Positions 48,381-58,706 of a stretch of DNA of 64,000 nt are shown in pieces. Numbering within the stretch: position 1 is the stretch's first letter; each line of letters begins with the position of its first letter. Both the position numbers and the translations under genes were made by a program. Below the pieces are notes generated by a model. That model was not told the origin of the DNA and did not search any database. It saw nothing but the letters and a program-made list of their open reading frames with translations. The DNA comes from Planctomycetota bacterium (GTDB taxonomy: Bacteria; Planctomycetota; B15-G4; SIAN01), in the NCBI GenBank assembly GCA_031409275.1, contig JANNXA010000014.1, positions 287,411 to 351,410 of the forward strand, written 5' to 3'.

Positions 48381-49144
48381 GCGCGACGCCCTTCGCGACG
48401 CTTCGCAATCGCCAGGGCGAGCGGCTCGACGTCGCCTTCGTGGCGGCCGTCGGCGGCGCCAGCCCGAGCGGCGTGCAGCCGCTCGCCGTGCTGGCCCACG
48501 GCGTCACTTCGGCGCACGATCGCCCCTACCTGATCGCGCTCGGCGAGGCGCTCGCGACCCGCGGCATCGCGGTGGCGCGCCTCTCGTTCGCCGGCAACGG
48601 CGCGAGCGAAGGCCGCTTCGAGGAGTGCTGCCCGAGCAAGGAGGTCGACGACCTCGGCGCGCTGCTCGACCTGGCGCAGGCGGCGGGATTCGGGCCGATC
48701 GGTTACGCCGGCCACAGCATGGGCGGCGCCGTCGGCGTGCTGCGCGCGGCGGGAGACCCGCGGATCGCGGCGCTCGTCTCGCTGGCCGGCATGCACCACG
48801 TCGGCCGCTTCTACGCGCGCGTCGCCGCGCAGCTGAAGTACGGCGAGCTGCTGCTCGGCAAGGCGGGCTGCCCATGGGGCCGCGCGCTCGACGAGGACGC
48901 GCGCGCGCTCGGCTCGCTTGCGAACGCGGCCGCGGCGGTGCGCTGCCCGTGGCTGCTGCTGCACGGCACCATGGACGAGCTCGTCCCGATCGGCGACAGC
49001 TTCGACGCGCGCGCCGCGGCGCAGTCCGCCGGCAACTCGCCCGAGCTCGTCGCTCTCTCCGGCGTCGACCACCGCTTCAGCGGCGCGATCGACGCGATGG
49101 TGGCGCACGTCGCGCCGTGGCTCGCCGCGCAGCTGCAACGCTGA
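48377..49144 (+). CDS. Alpha/beta hydrolase
   Basis: HG, GHSMG, HGTMD, DH catalytic triad; ATGA overlap. Confidence 0.88.
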   Translation: MSATPFATLRNRQGERLDVAFVAAVGGASPSGVQPLAVLAHGVTSAHDRPYLIALGEALATRGIAVARLSFAGNGASEGRFEECCPSKEVDDLGALLDLAQAAGFGPIGYAGHSMGGAVGVLRAAGDPRIAALVSLAGMHHVGRFYARVAAQLKYGELLLGKAGCPWGRALDEDARALGSLANAAAAVRCPWLLLHGTMDELVPIGDSFDARAAAQSAGNSPELVALSGVDHRFSGAIDAMVAHVAPWLAAQLQR

Positions 49145-49178
49145 CGGAGTGCCGGCGGCGCGATGCCGCCACCCGCGA

Positions 49179-52100
49179 CTACTGCTTCTGCGCCTCCGAC
49201 TGCAGCAACGCGACGAGCTCGAGGATCTCGTCTTGCGTGAAGGTGACGAGCAGCCCGGTCGGCATGGCGGACAGAGTGCTCTTCTTCTGCTTGGCGAGGT
49301 CCGCCTTCTTCACCACCGTGACCTGCTCGGGGTGGCGCAGGTCGGTCGCGACCGTGCAGGTCGCGGCGTCCTCGGCGACCACGCGGCCGATCACGTCGCG
49401 CCCATCCTTGTAGAGGAAGAGCTGCTGCTCGTAGCCCTCGAGGATCGCCGCCGAAGGCTCGAGGATCTGCTTCAGGAGGTCGACGCCGCGGTACTTGGTC
49501 CCGATGGCGCTCAGGTCGGGCGCGCTCTTCAGCCCAGCGCCGCGGAAGTGGTGGCACTGGATGCAGCCCGCCGCTTCCAGCACGGCGGCACCGCGCGAGG
49601 CAGCGCGCCCCTTCTCGAATCCGGCGACGAACGCTGGCGCGAGATCGGCGACGCTCCACAACTTGACGAACTCGCGCGACGGCGCGGCGGGCGCCTCGCT
49701 TGGCGCGCGGACGACTTCGACGTCGTTGGCGTCGGTGAGCTCGGCGACGACGTGCACCACGCCATTCATCACGCGCCAGTGGCCGGGGAAGGTGCAGACG
49801 AACGGATAGTCACCGGGCGCGCTCGGCGCGACGAACCGCAACGTCGCAGTCTCGCCCGGCAGCAGCAGGCGGATCACCTGCAGCACGGCCGGGAGTTCCG
49901 GCACGAAGCTCTTCTCCTGCGCGCCGGGCTGCAGCGCCATCGCCTCGGCCGCGGTGCCGATCGCTTCGAGCGAGCCGGGTGCGCCGATGACGAAGTTGTG
50001 CGGCATCAGGTCGTTGTTCTGGAAGACGACAGCGACCGGTTGCCCGGCGGCGACCGTGAACTCCTTCTTGTCGTAGAGCATCTGGTGCGGCACGGTGCGC
50101 ACCATCACGGTCGAGCCGCCCAGCGATCGCAACGTGCGTCGCAGCGAGCGCCCTTGCGCTTCCGGCATCGGCGCCGCAAGCCGGTCGCAGAACGCCAACG
50201 CGGCCGCGACATCGCCGCGCGTCCGCTGCGCCGCCGGCACCGCTTCGGCGAAGCGGACGATCGCCGCGGCCATCGGCGCCGCCGACGCCCTGCTCCAGGA
50301 AGCGGGCGAAAGCGACTCGAGCAGTTCGATCGCCTCGCTGACGAGGACGCCCTCCTCGATCAGCGCCAGCGCGTCGGCGCGCTTCTCCGCTTCGTGACCC
50401 GGAACGGCGGCGACGGCGCGCACCGCTGCGGCGCGCAGCAGATCGCTGGCGGCCGCTTCGAGGCGCTCGGCCGCGATCGTCTGCCGCGGCACGCCCGGGC
50501 CGCTCCACTCCAGAGCGAGCCCCTCCGCGCCGCCCGCATCGAAGTAGCACAGCTCCAACGCATGACGACCGGCGGACAGCGTCGCGACCCCGCTGCGCTC
50601 GACCATGCCGTGGTCGCCGTCGTTCTCGATCACTTCGGCGCCGTCGACGAAGAGGCGCGAGCCATCATCCGACGTGAGGAAGAAGCGCCACTCCCCCGCC
50701 ACCGGCACCTCCAGCGTCGCGCGGAACCGGAGCCCGAACGCATCGCTCCGGGTGATTCCGGGCAGTTCGACGCCAATGCGATCGACCGTCACGCTGGCGG
50801 TCGGCGCCACCGATTCGAATGCCTCGCGACGCGCGCTGTGCTGTCGCAACGGCGAGTAGTAGTCGACCAGCAGCCCGCGGCCGCCCGGCGTCCCGGCACC
50901 ACCGCCGGCGCGCTCGAACTGCAGCGGCCGCGCGCGCGCGAAGGCTCCCTCCGCCAGCGACGGCGGCAACCACTCGATCGCGGCGAGCATGCCTTGGCGA
51001 TCGCGAGCGTTGGCCGCCGACTCCTGCCACGCACGCTCGATCGAGCCGTCGATCACCACGCACGCGGCGCGCGCGAAGGCGGCCGTCTCCGGCAGTCGCC
51101 AACGGTTGGCCAGCTCGACGAGTGCCGGCCGCTGCATCGCCGCAGCCGGCGCGCGTTCGAGCAGTTCCGTCCCGAGCGCGTGCTGCACGTGACGCGCATG
51201 GTCGCCGCCCGCGCGATCGACCCGCCCCATCGCCGCGACGAGTTCGCCAAACGGCGTGGTGCCGCGCACCTTCGACAGTTCGACGAGCGCGGCGGCGCGC
51301 TCCTCGCTGCTGCTGCCATGCCGTGCGACCAGCGCTTCGAGCACCGCCGGCGTCCGCGGCAGCTTCGCCAGCTCGCCATCGGCGGCGCGCTCGACCAGCC
51401 AGGCGACGGCCGATTCGTTGTCGCGGACATCGAGCGTTCCGGCTGCGAGCGCGGCGCGCCAGGTCGGCTCGAGGGTCCGCATCGTCTCCGCGTAGGCGTA
51501 GTCGAGGAACTTGTCCATCGGCGCGCGCCGCACGTCGAGCGCGAGTTGCGCCGCGCGCACGTCGTCGAAATGGCTCGCGCCGACCAGCGCTTCGAGGCGC
51601 ACGTTCGCGTCGCCATCGCGCGCCAACGGCAGCAGCAACGCCACCGGATCGGCGAGCTGGTAGCGGCCGGTGCGCACCACGCGGGCCGCCGCGGCGCGGG
51701 CCCGCGGCTCGCTGCTGGCGAGTAGCGACGCGAGCAGCGCCTCGTCGATGTCGCCGTGCTGCTGCGTCAACCACAACGCCTCGAGGCGCAGGCGGTCGCG
51801 ATCGGGAGTCGCCGGCGGCAGCGCGGCCGCCCATGCGCGCGCGGCGGCGATCACTTCGCGCGAGTCGCGGCCGGAGAGCTCGATGCGGACGCGGTAGCGC
51901 ACGCGATCCTCGGGCTGCTTCAGCAGTTCGAGCAGCGCGGCGATCGACTCGCCGGCGATCTTCTGCGGAACCAGCAGCGGCCGGCCGGGCGCGGTGACGC
52001 GATAGATGCGCCCATGTTCGTGATCGCGGTTGGGATCACGCAGATGGTGCTGCATGTGGCCGATGATCGGGTTGTACCAGTCGAGGAAGTAGAGCGAGCC

Positions 52101-54122
52101 GTCGGGCGCGACCTCGGCGTCGACGGGCCGGAAGCGCGAGTCGCGGCTCTGCACGATCGGCGGCAGTTCGGTGGCGCCGAAGCCGGAACCATCCGGCTCC
52201 ACGCGGTACTGGAAGATGCCCTGGAAGCCGATCACGTTGCAGGCGAGGTAGCTGCCCTGGTACTCGGGCGGGAAGTGGCGGCTCGAGAGGAACTCGGTGC
52301 CACCGCATGGGCGGCTGCGCTGCTGGAAGAAGGTGAAGTAGCTGTCGTGCTTGTCGGGGTGGATGACACGACCGGAGAAGGGCACGGCGTAGTAGTTGTC
52401 GTTGCCGGTGCCGTCGGTCATGAACTCCTGGCCCCAGCCGTCGAAGACGTGGCCGTGCGGGTTGGCGAAGTTGTAGGCGATGTGGCGCTCGGCGCGGAAC
52501 GAGCGTGGCTCGAAGCGCCACACGCAGGCGTCGTGGTTGCGCTGCGGGCCCCAGACCGTCTCGATCTGCGTCTGATGGAACGTGCCTTCCTGGAAGTAGA
52601 GGCCGCCATCGGGACCGAGGACGAAGCTGTTCGCGGAATGGTGCGTATCGCCGGAAGAGAGGCCGTGCAGCACGCGCTCGCGGACGTCGGCGACGTCATC
52701 GCCATCGGTGTCCTTGAGGAAGAGCAGGTCGGGCGCGTTGGCGACGAAGACGCCGCCGTTCCAGAACTCGAAGCCGGTCGGATTGTGGAGGTCGCCCGCG
52801 AAGGTCTTGCACGTGTCGGCGCGACCGTCGCCGTCCCGATCCTCGAAGATCAGGAGCTTGTCGTTCATCGGCTTGCCGGGTTCCCAGTGCGGGTAGGTCG
52901 GCCACGCGGCCACCCAGAGGCGCCCCTTCGTATCCCACGCCATCTGCTGCGGACGGGCGAGCTCGGGGAAGCGCTTCTCGTCGGCGAAGAGCTCGACGCG
53001 CAGGCCGGGAGCCGTGGTCATCTGCTCGATGGCGCCACCACCGTCGAGGAACTCGTGCTTGCCGCCCGGCAGCGGACCGGGGTAGTTGGTGGCGACCGGA
53101 AGGGTCGGCGGCACCTTCGATTCGTCGAGCGCCACTTCGCGCCCCTTCGCCAGCGCATGGACGCGGCGGTCGCGCGCGGCGACCTGGGCGTCAAGGATCT
53201 CCATCTCGCGCTGCAGCACGGTGAAGTTGCTGACGCCGTCGTAGGTCAGCGAAGAGCGACCGCCGTAGACGTTGTAGCCGTCGGTCGCCTGGTAGCGGTT
53301 GAACCAGAGCAGCGCCTTTTCGCGCACCGCGGCGCGCATCGAATCGAAGTCGGCGGGCTTGAGCGGCGGCGAAAGAGAGACCCCCTCCGCGAGCCCTTCC
53401 ACCAACGCCGGCGAGATGGCGCGATTCCCCGCCTCATTCAGGTGGAAGCCGTCGATGGTGAGCGGCGCGGCGCTCGCCGCGTAGGCGCGCGCGCTTGGCC
53501 CCTGCAGGTCGATGAACGACACCCACGCATCGTTGGCCGCGCCCAAACGCTTCTCGCGCGCGACCTCCGCGATCGCACCCGAATAGAGCGCGAGCTGCCG
53601 CTGCATCGCGGCGCCATCGGGACGGTTCGAAAGGCCGAGCTCTTCCCACGCCGGCGGCGCCACCAACACCAGGCGCGGCCGCGCGACGCCGTCGTACTTC
53701 TGCGCTGCGATGTGGTCGACGAACGCGGCGAGGTCCGCCTTGAACTTCGGCAGCCCCGCTTCGCCCGCGAAGCTCTCGTTGAAGCCGAAGGCGGCGATGA
53801 CGACGGTGGCGCCGACGCGCGTCAGCCACTCGTCCTGCGAGCCGAAGCTCATCGTGCGCTGCCGGATGGTCAGCTCGTCGGCCGAGAAGCCGAGGTTGCG
53901 CACCGCGAGTTCATGGTCGGGCAGGCGCGCGTGCAGCAGCGCCTCGAACCAACCGTCGTGCTGCAGCCGTTCCACGAAGGCGCCGCCGATCAACGCGACG
54001 TGGTCGCCGCGACGCAGCACTTCCTGCGCGGGCAGCGGCGGCGCGATCGCGGCGACGCCGGCGGCAGCGGCCAATGCAGCGACCACAGCGACGGGGAGCT
54101 TCGTCCAGTGGACCAGTTCCAT
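49179..54122 (-). CDS. PVC-type heme-binding dehydrogenase-like fusion: SGNH-like + beta-propeller + HEAT + PA14 + cupredoxin + cytochrome c
   Basis: WDTKGRLWV, DRDGDGRAD, RDHEHGRIYRV; LTSDDGSRL (PA14); MPHN..CTFPGHWRVM (type-1 Cu site); CIQCH..SAMP (heme c). Confidence 0.88.
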   Translation of the reverse strand: MELVHWTKLPVAVVAALAAAAGVAAIAPPLPAQEVLRRGDHVALIGGAFVERLQHDGWFEALLHARLPDHELAVRNLGFSADELTIRQRTMSFGSQDEWLTRVGATVVIAAFGFNESFAGEAGLPKFKADLAAFVDHIAAQKYDGVARPRLVLVAPPAWEELGLSNRPDGAAMQRQLALYSGAIAEVAREKRLGAANDAWVSFIDLQGPSARAYAASAAPLTIDGFHLNEAGNRAISPALVEGLAEGVSLSPPLKPADFDSMRAAVREKALLWFNRYQATDGYNVYGGRSSLTYDGVSNFTVLQREMEILDAQVAARDRRVHALAKGREVALDESKVPPTLPVATNYPGPLPGGKHEFLDGGGAIEQMTTAPGLRVELFADEKRFPELARPQQMAWDTKGRLWVAAWPTYPHWEPGKPMNDKLLIFEDRDGDGRADTCKTFAGDLHNPTGFEFWNGGVFVANAPDLLFLKDTDGDDVADVRERVLHGLSSGDTHHSANSFVLGPDGGLYFQEGTFHQTQIETVWGPQRNHDACVWRFEPRSFRAERHIAYNFANPHGHVFDGWGQEFMTDGTGNDNYYAVPFSGRVIHPDKHDSYFTFFQQRSRPCGGTEFLSSRHFPPEYQGSYLACNVIGFQGIFQYRVEPDGSGFGATELPPIVQSRDSRFRPVDAEVAPDGSLYFLDWYNPIIGHMQHHLRDPNRDHEHGRIYRVTAPGRPLLVPQKIAGESIAALLELLKQPEDRVRYRVRIELSGRDSREVIAAARAWAAALPPATPDRDRLRLEALWLTQQHGDIDEALLASLLASSEPRARAAAARVVRTGRYQLADPVALLLPLARDGDANVRLEALVGASHFDDVRAAQLALDVRRAPMDKFLDYAYAETMRTLEPTWRAALAAGTLDVRDNESAVAWLVERAADGELAKLPRTPAVLEALVARHGSSSEERAAALVELSKVRGTTPFGELVAAMGRVDRAGGDHARHVQHALGTELLERAPAAAMQRPALVELANRWRLPETAAFARAACVVIDGSIERAWQESAANARDRQGMLAAIEWLPPSLAEGAFARARPLQFERAGGGAGTPGGRGLLVDYYSPLRQHSARREAFESVAPTASVTVDRIGVELPGITRSDAFGLRFRATLEVPVAGEWRFFLTSDDGSRLFVDGAEVIENDGDHGMVERSGVATLSAGRHALELCYFDAGGAEGLALEWSGPGVPRQTIAAERLEAAASDLLRAAAVRAVAAVPGHEAEKRADALALIEEGVLVSEAIELLESLSPASWSRASAAPMAAAIVRFAEAVPAAQRTRGDVAAALAFCDRLAAPMPEAQGRSLRRTLRSLGGSTVMVRTVPHQMLYDKKEFTVAAGQPVAVVFQNNDLMPHNFVIGAPGSLEAIGTAAEAMALQPGAQEKSFVPELPAVLQVIRLLLPGETATLRFVAPSAPGDYPFVCTFPGHWRVMNGVVHVVAELTDANDVEVVRAPSEAPAAPSREFVKLWSVADLAPAFVAGFEKGRAASRGAAVLEAAGCIQCHHFRGAGLKSAPDLSAIGTKYRGVDLLKQILEPSAAILEGYEQQLFLYKDGRDVIGRVVAEDAATCTVATDLRHPEQVTVVKKADLAKQKKSTLSAMPTGLLVTFTQDEILELVALLQSEAQKQ

Positions 54123-54316
54123 CTCAGGCCTCGAGCAAGGAGGGTCGCAAACGGCGACGAAGGGTGAGAGCGTCGCGTCCGCAGCCGCCCGCCGCAAGGC
54201 CGAGCCGCCCCAACTTCCATCGGCGCGACGCCACGCCGCGCGACGCCACGCTTGACGACGCCTCGCGCCGCCGCGAGAACGGCCGCGTCGATCGCCTCCC
54301 TTCCGCGGAGCTCTCC

Positions 54317-55351
54317 ATGCCACTTCCCTCGCGCGTCGCACTGCTCGCCGCTTTCGTCGCCGTCGCCCCGCTCGCACCTGCGCAGGCGCCAGCGACCGCG
54401 CCTCTCACGTATGCGGGCGGGGAGGGACCGGGCAAGGGCAAGCACGTCGTGCTGCTGGCCGGCGATGAGGAGTACCGCAGCGAAGAGGCGTTGCCGATGC
54501 TGGGCAAGCTGCTGGCCGTGCGTCACGGCTTCAAGTGCACCGTGCTCTTCTCCACCGACGCCGCCACCGGCCTGATCGACGCCGATCAGCAGACCCACAT
54601 CCCCGGCCTCGCCGCGCTCGACCATGCCGACTTCGCGATCCTCTTCTGGCGCTTCCGCGAGCTGCCGGATGCCGACATGAAGCACTTCGTCGACTTCCTG
54701 GAGGCGGGCAAGCCGCTCCTGGCGATCCGCACCTCGACCCACGCCTTTCACTACACGCGCAACCCGGCGAGCCCCTACGCGCGCTACAGCTTCGACAGCA
54801 GCGAGTGGCCGGGCGGCTTCGGGCAGCAGGTGCTGGGCGACACGTGGGTCAACCATCACGGCCACCACGGCTCGCAGAGCACGCGCGGCGTGGCCGACGC
54901 GGCCGACCATCCGATCCTGCGCGGCGTGAAGGACGTGTGGGGACCGACCGACGTCTACGCGATCGTCCGCCTGCTGCCGACCGATCAGGTACTGCTGCGC
55001 GGACAGGTCCTCGAAGGAATGACGCCCGACAGCAAGCCGGTCGCCGGTCCGCAGAACGAGCCGATGATGCCGCTCCTGTGGACGCGCGAGCGGCCGCACG
55101 GCGACACCACTCAGCGACTGGTCACGTCGACCATCGGCGCCGCGAGCGACCTCGCCTGCGAGGACCTGCGCCGCGCCTTCGTGAACTCGGTCTATTGGGG
55201 GCTGCGCATGGAGGCGCAGATCCCGGCGCGCAACGACGCGACGTTGGTCGGCGACTACGCGCCATCGCCGTTTGGCTTCGGAACGTGGAAGCGCGGCGTT
55301 CGTCCGCAGGATCACGCGCTGCCCGCCGCGCCGCCGCCGGCCAAGCAGTGA
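54317..55351 (+). CDS. Secreted ThuA-like domain protein
   Basis: Signal peptide; KHVVLLAGDEEYRSEE, RTSTHAF, HPILRGV. Confidence 0.82.
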   Translation: MPLPSRVALLAAFVAVAPLAPAQAPATAPLTYAGGEGPGKGKHVVLLAGDEEYRSEEALPMLGKLLAVRHGFKCTVLFSTDAATGLIDADQQTHIPGLAALDHADFAILFWRFRELPDADMKHFVDFLEAGKPLLAIRTSTHAFHYTRNPASPYARYSFDSSEWPGGFGQQVLGDTWVNHHGHHGSQSTRGVADAADHPILRGVKDVWGPTDVYAIVRLLPTDQVLLRGQVLEGMTPDSKPVAGPQNEPMMPLLWTRERPHGDTTQRLVTSTIGAASDLACEDLRRAFVNSVYWGLRMEAQIPARNDATLVGDYAPSPFGFGTWKRGVRPQDHALPAAPPPAKQ

Positions 55352-55366
55352 GGGAGCAGTGAAGTC

Positions 55367-56119
55367 GTGAGCGCGCGCCGCAAGCCCCTCTCGTTGCCGG
55401 CGCTGACTGCGGCGCAGGCGCGCGCGCTCGATGCACAGGCGCAGCAACGGCTCGCGATGCCATCGCTGCTGCTGATGGAGAACGCGGGGCGCGGCGCGGC
55501 CGACGCCATCGACCGCTGCTACGGCCGACGCGGCGCGACGGCGCGCGCGGTGCTCTTCCTCGGCAGCGGCAACAACGGCGGCGATGGCGCCGTCGTCGCG
55601 CGTCACCTCGCCCGGTTCGGCTGGCGGGTGCGCCTCTATCTCGTGGGGCGCGCCGCCGGTCGCACGCCCGATCTGGCCACCCAACTGCGCATCGTGCAGC
55701 GACTGCGGTTGCCGTGCACGTCGATCCGCGGCGTGGCCGCAGCGCGGCGTGCCGCGGCCACCGTGGCGCGCGACGAGGTGGTGATCGATGCGCTGCTGGG
55801 AACCGGCGCGCGCGGCCCGTTGCGCGAGCCGATGGCGTCGCTCGTCAGCGCACTGAATCGACGGCCGCGCCGCGGCTGCGTGGCGCTCGATCTGCCGAGC
55901 GGACTCGACAGCGATCGCGGCGTGGCGGGCCCGATCACCGTGCGCGCCGACCTGACGCTGACGTTCGCCGCGCGCAAGGTCGGATTCGCGCGCGCCGCGG
56001 CGCGGGCCGCGACCGGAGCCGTGGTGGTCATCGACCTTGGCCTGCCCGAAGCGGCGCTCGCGCGCCTTCCGGCGACACGATCGAAGTTGCGCGTCAGGCG
56101 TCGCGCGGCCGCGCGCTGA
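55367..56119 (+). CDS. nnrE: NAD(P)H-hydrate epimerase (stand-alone YjeF_N)
   Basis: LMENAG, GSGNNGGDG, DALLGTG, DLPSG, TLTF..K. Confidence 0.88.
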   Translation: MSARRKPLSLPALTAAQARALDAQAQQRLAMPSLLLMENAGRGAADAIDRCYGRRGATARAVLFLGSGNNGGDGAVVARHLARFGWRVRLYLVGRAAGRTPDLATQLRIVQRLRLPCTSIRGVAAARRAAATVARDEVVIDALLGTGARGPLREPMASLVSALNRRPRRGCVALDLPSGLDSDRGVAGPITVRADLTLTFAARKVGFARAAARAATGAVVVIDLGLPEAALARLPATRSKLRVRRRAAAR

Positions 56120-57824
56120 GCTTCCTGCCCTTCAACGCCGGATGGTCGGGAGCGATGCGGGTGGCCCGATAGAAGGCGCCCGCGAACATGCCGCCCATGC
56201 CACCGGGACCGCGTGGGCGAGCGGTCGGATCGCCACCGGGAGCGGCATTGCGGCCGAACGGATTGCGGAACTCCCAGACGACCTGTCCCTGCGCGTCGAC
56301 TTCGACGCAGTAGCCCTCGGCCCCGCACGAGATCAGCGTGTTGCCGTTTCGCAGCCGCTCCGAGCCCGACACGATCGGCGAGAAGAAGGTGGGCTCCCCC
56401 GCACCGCCACCGAATCGCCAGAGCGGCTGCGCCGGTCCGAACACGCTGTTCTCGACACGCGCGTAGGTTCCGTCGGGCAGAAGCGGAAGTTCGAGCTCCA
56501 CCACGTAGGAAGCGACCGCGGGCGCCGACTCGCCACCGACGCGACCGCGACCGAATCCCGGTCCGCGCATGCCCGGCCTGCCCATGCCGGGTCCGCCCAT
56601 GCCAGGTCCGCCGAAGCCACCCTTCACGTTGTTGTTGAACACCAGCAGATGGCCTTCGCCGCGCAGCCCGGGCTCGATCCAGCGTGCGTCATGCTGTCCG
56701 AAGAGCTGCTGCTGCTCGGCGCCTCCCATGCCCCACGTCTGCGGATTGCCCCATCGAAACAGGAAGTCGCCGCCGTGGCCGCGCTTGCCGCCGCTGTGGC
56801 TGGCCGCTTCCGCGGTGGTGGTGCCGTGGTCGACGATCCACACTTCGTGCTGGTTGTGGCTCGACAGCACCAACTGGTCGAGTCCGGCGTGGTAGGCGAC
56901 CGAGTTGACGTGGTTCCAGTCGGCGTCCATGCCGGGACCAGCACCACGGCCGCCGCGACGCGGCCGATCGCCGCCCGCCGGCGGAGCGGGAGCGGGAGGG
57001 GAAGCAGCGTCTCCTTCGCCTTGCGGCCCGAGGTAGCCGAGCTTGCGCAGCGCCTCCGCCTCTTCCGGCGTCATGCCGCCCGTCGGCGCATCGGTGCGAC
57101 GGCGATTGGCGTTGAGGTCGAGCCGCTCGGGGTGGTCGGCCACGACTCCGAAGTTCGGCAAGCCAGGATCGCGATCCTGGATCAGGTGATCCCAGACGTG
57201 CCACTCCCAGACGATGTCACCGCCATCGACCCCACGTGGCTTCACTTCGAGCAGGCAATCGGGCCACAGTCCGTTGCGCGCCGCGTCGGCGTCGCGCCCC
57301 ATCTCCACCGCCTCGGCGAGCGTCTTCGCCTCCCACGCGATCAACACCACGTTGCCGTTCGGCAGCGGCTCGAAGTCGTGGTGCTGACGCCGCTGGTCGT
57401 CGCAACAGACGTAGCTCCAGACCAGGTTTCCCTCCCAATCGAACTCCTCGATGCGGCCGCCTTCGCCACCGCCGTGGAGTGACGACGCGCCCGGATCGCG
57501 TGCAGCCCTCAGCAGATGGCCGTTGCGCAGCAGTTCGACGGTCTGGCCGGGCGGGAAGGCGCTCTTCCACTGGTGGACGATCGCGCCGTCGAGATCGATC
57601 AAGTAGGTGTCGCCGACGTCAAACGGCGCGAAGAGCGTGTAGCCCGCCTGCGCGCCCGGCAGCTTCCTGAGGACGCCGGTCGTCGGTGCCGCGATCGGCG
57701 CGAGCGGCGCCGCCCCTTCCTGGACATGCCGCACGAACGGCGAGGCCGCCACCAGCAGAGCGGCTGCGAATGGAGCCATCGCGATCGACGACAGGAATCG
57801 AGTCGCGTCGGTCGGTTCGCACAT
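56094..57824 (-). CDS. Aryl-sulfate sulfotransferase (ASST-like) secreted protein
   Basis: AAGGAGG RBS; GYTLFAP, QHHDF..LPNGN, WEWHVWDH, DWNHVN, RWGNP, QHDA, RLRNGNTLI. Confidence 0.85.
   Translation of the reverse strand: MCEPTDATRFLSSIAMAPFAAALLVAASPFVRHVQEGAAPLAPIAAPTTGVLRKLPGAQAGYTLFAPFDVGDTYLIDLDGAIVHQWKSAFPPGQTVELLRNGHLLRAARDPGASSLHGGGEGGRIEEFDWEGNLVWSYVCCDDQRRQHHDFEPLPNGNVVLIAWEAKTLAEAVEMGRDADAARNGLWPDCLLEVKPRGVDGGDIVWEWHVWDHLIQDRDPGLPNFGVVADHPERLDLNANRRRTDAPTGGMTPEEAEALRKLGYLGPQGEGDAASPPAPAPPAGGDRPRRGGRGAGPGMDADWNHVNSVAYHAGLDQLVLSSHNQHEVWIVDHGTTTAEAASHSGGKRGHGGDFLFRWGNPQTWGMGGAEQQQLFGQHDARWIEPGLRGEGHLLVFNNNVKGGFGGPGMGGPGMGRPGMRGPGFGRGRVGGESAPAVASYVVELELPLLPDGTYARVENSVFGPAQPLWRFGGGAGEPTFFSPIVSGSERLRNGNTLISCGAEGYCVEVDAQGQVVWEFRNPFGRNAAPGGDPTARPRGPGGMGGMFAGAFYRATRIAPDHPALKGRKLSARPRDA
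56551..56620 (-). repeat. 15-bp coding tandem repeat (GGPGM-type)
   Basis: GGFGGPGMGGPGMGRPGMRGPGFG. Confidence 0.7.
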
Positions 57825-58124
57825 CGCCGAGTCCCTCCTTCGCCATGAGCCGCGAGACGCGGCCCGATGCGCATCACCGTAGCGCCCGCGCCGCTTGGGC
57901 GATGCGATCGAGACGACGCGCGTGATCTGAAGGCGCCGCTCGCGCACTCGTGGCGGAAGTCGTTGCCGATCCGCCGCTGCTCCGGCAACGCGTTCCGTGC
58001 CGCCCGCCCCGCCGTCTCCGATTCGCGACACATTTCGGCAAGTGGCACTGCAAGGTCGCCATGCACCGACCGATGAACGTCGCGAGACGCATGGGACCTG
58101 TGGAACTCCGCTGGACCGCTGCTG

Positions 58125-58706
58125 ATGACGAACGACCTCTCGAACCGATCCGACGTTGCGCCGCGCCGCAGCACGCTCGGCCTGTCGATGGTCGAGCTGA
58201 TGCTCGCGCTGACGTTGCTGGCGATCGGGATGCTGACGGTGACTTCGTCGATCACTCGCGCACGCTCGGCGCGAATCGAAGCGGACGCGGAGTCGACCGC
58301 GATCCACGCGCTCGAGCAGGCCGGCGCAGCGCTGCGTTCATTGGGCGTCACGGCGGCGTGGCAGCGCTACGCACCGAACAACCTCGGCGAGCCCTTCCCT
58401 GCCGCCGGCTGCGGACCGGGTGCGCCGATCGTCGCAGCGGGCCTTGCCGACGGCGACGACCCGAGCCTGCCCGCGAGCGTCACGGTCCGCTTCTTCACCG
58501 ACGAGACGGCCAACGTCAACGCGTTCGGCATGCCGCGCGACCTCGACGGCGACGGCGCGATCAGCAACGTCAACACCGCCGCGCTCGGCGGCGACGGCCA
58601 GCTCCTCGCCTCGGTCCTTCCCTATCAACTTTCGTTGCGGTTCCGCCGCGCGACCGGAGGCGTGCATGAGATCACCTGGCACGGAATGCTCACCCGTGCG
58701 CGCTGA
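58125..58706 (+). CDS. Prepilin-type N-terminal cleavage protein (PilV/GspI-like)
   Basis: G|LSMVELMLALTLLAIG with Glu at +5. Confidence 0.75.
   Translation: MTNDLSNRSDVAPRRSTLGLSMVELMLALTLLAIGMLTVTSSITRARSARIEADAESTAIHALEQAGAALRSLGVTAAWQRYAPNNLGEPFPAAGCGPGAPIVAAGLADGDDPSLPASVTVRFFTDETANVNAFGMPRDLDGDGAISNVNTAALGGDGQLLASVLPYQLSLRFRRATGGVHEITWHGMLTRAR

Noticed and set aside
58035..58062. TGGCAC upstream of the pilin trio as a sigma54 promoter
   Set aside because: GG-to-GC spacing is 11 or 12 nt rather than the required 10
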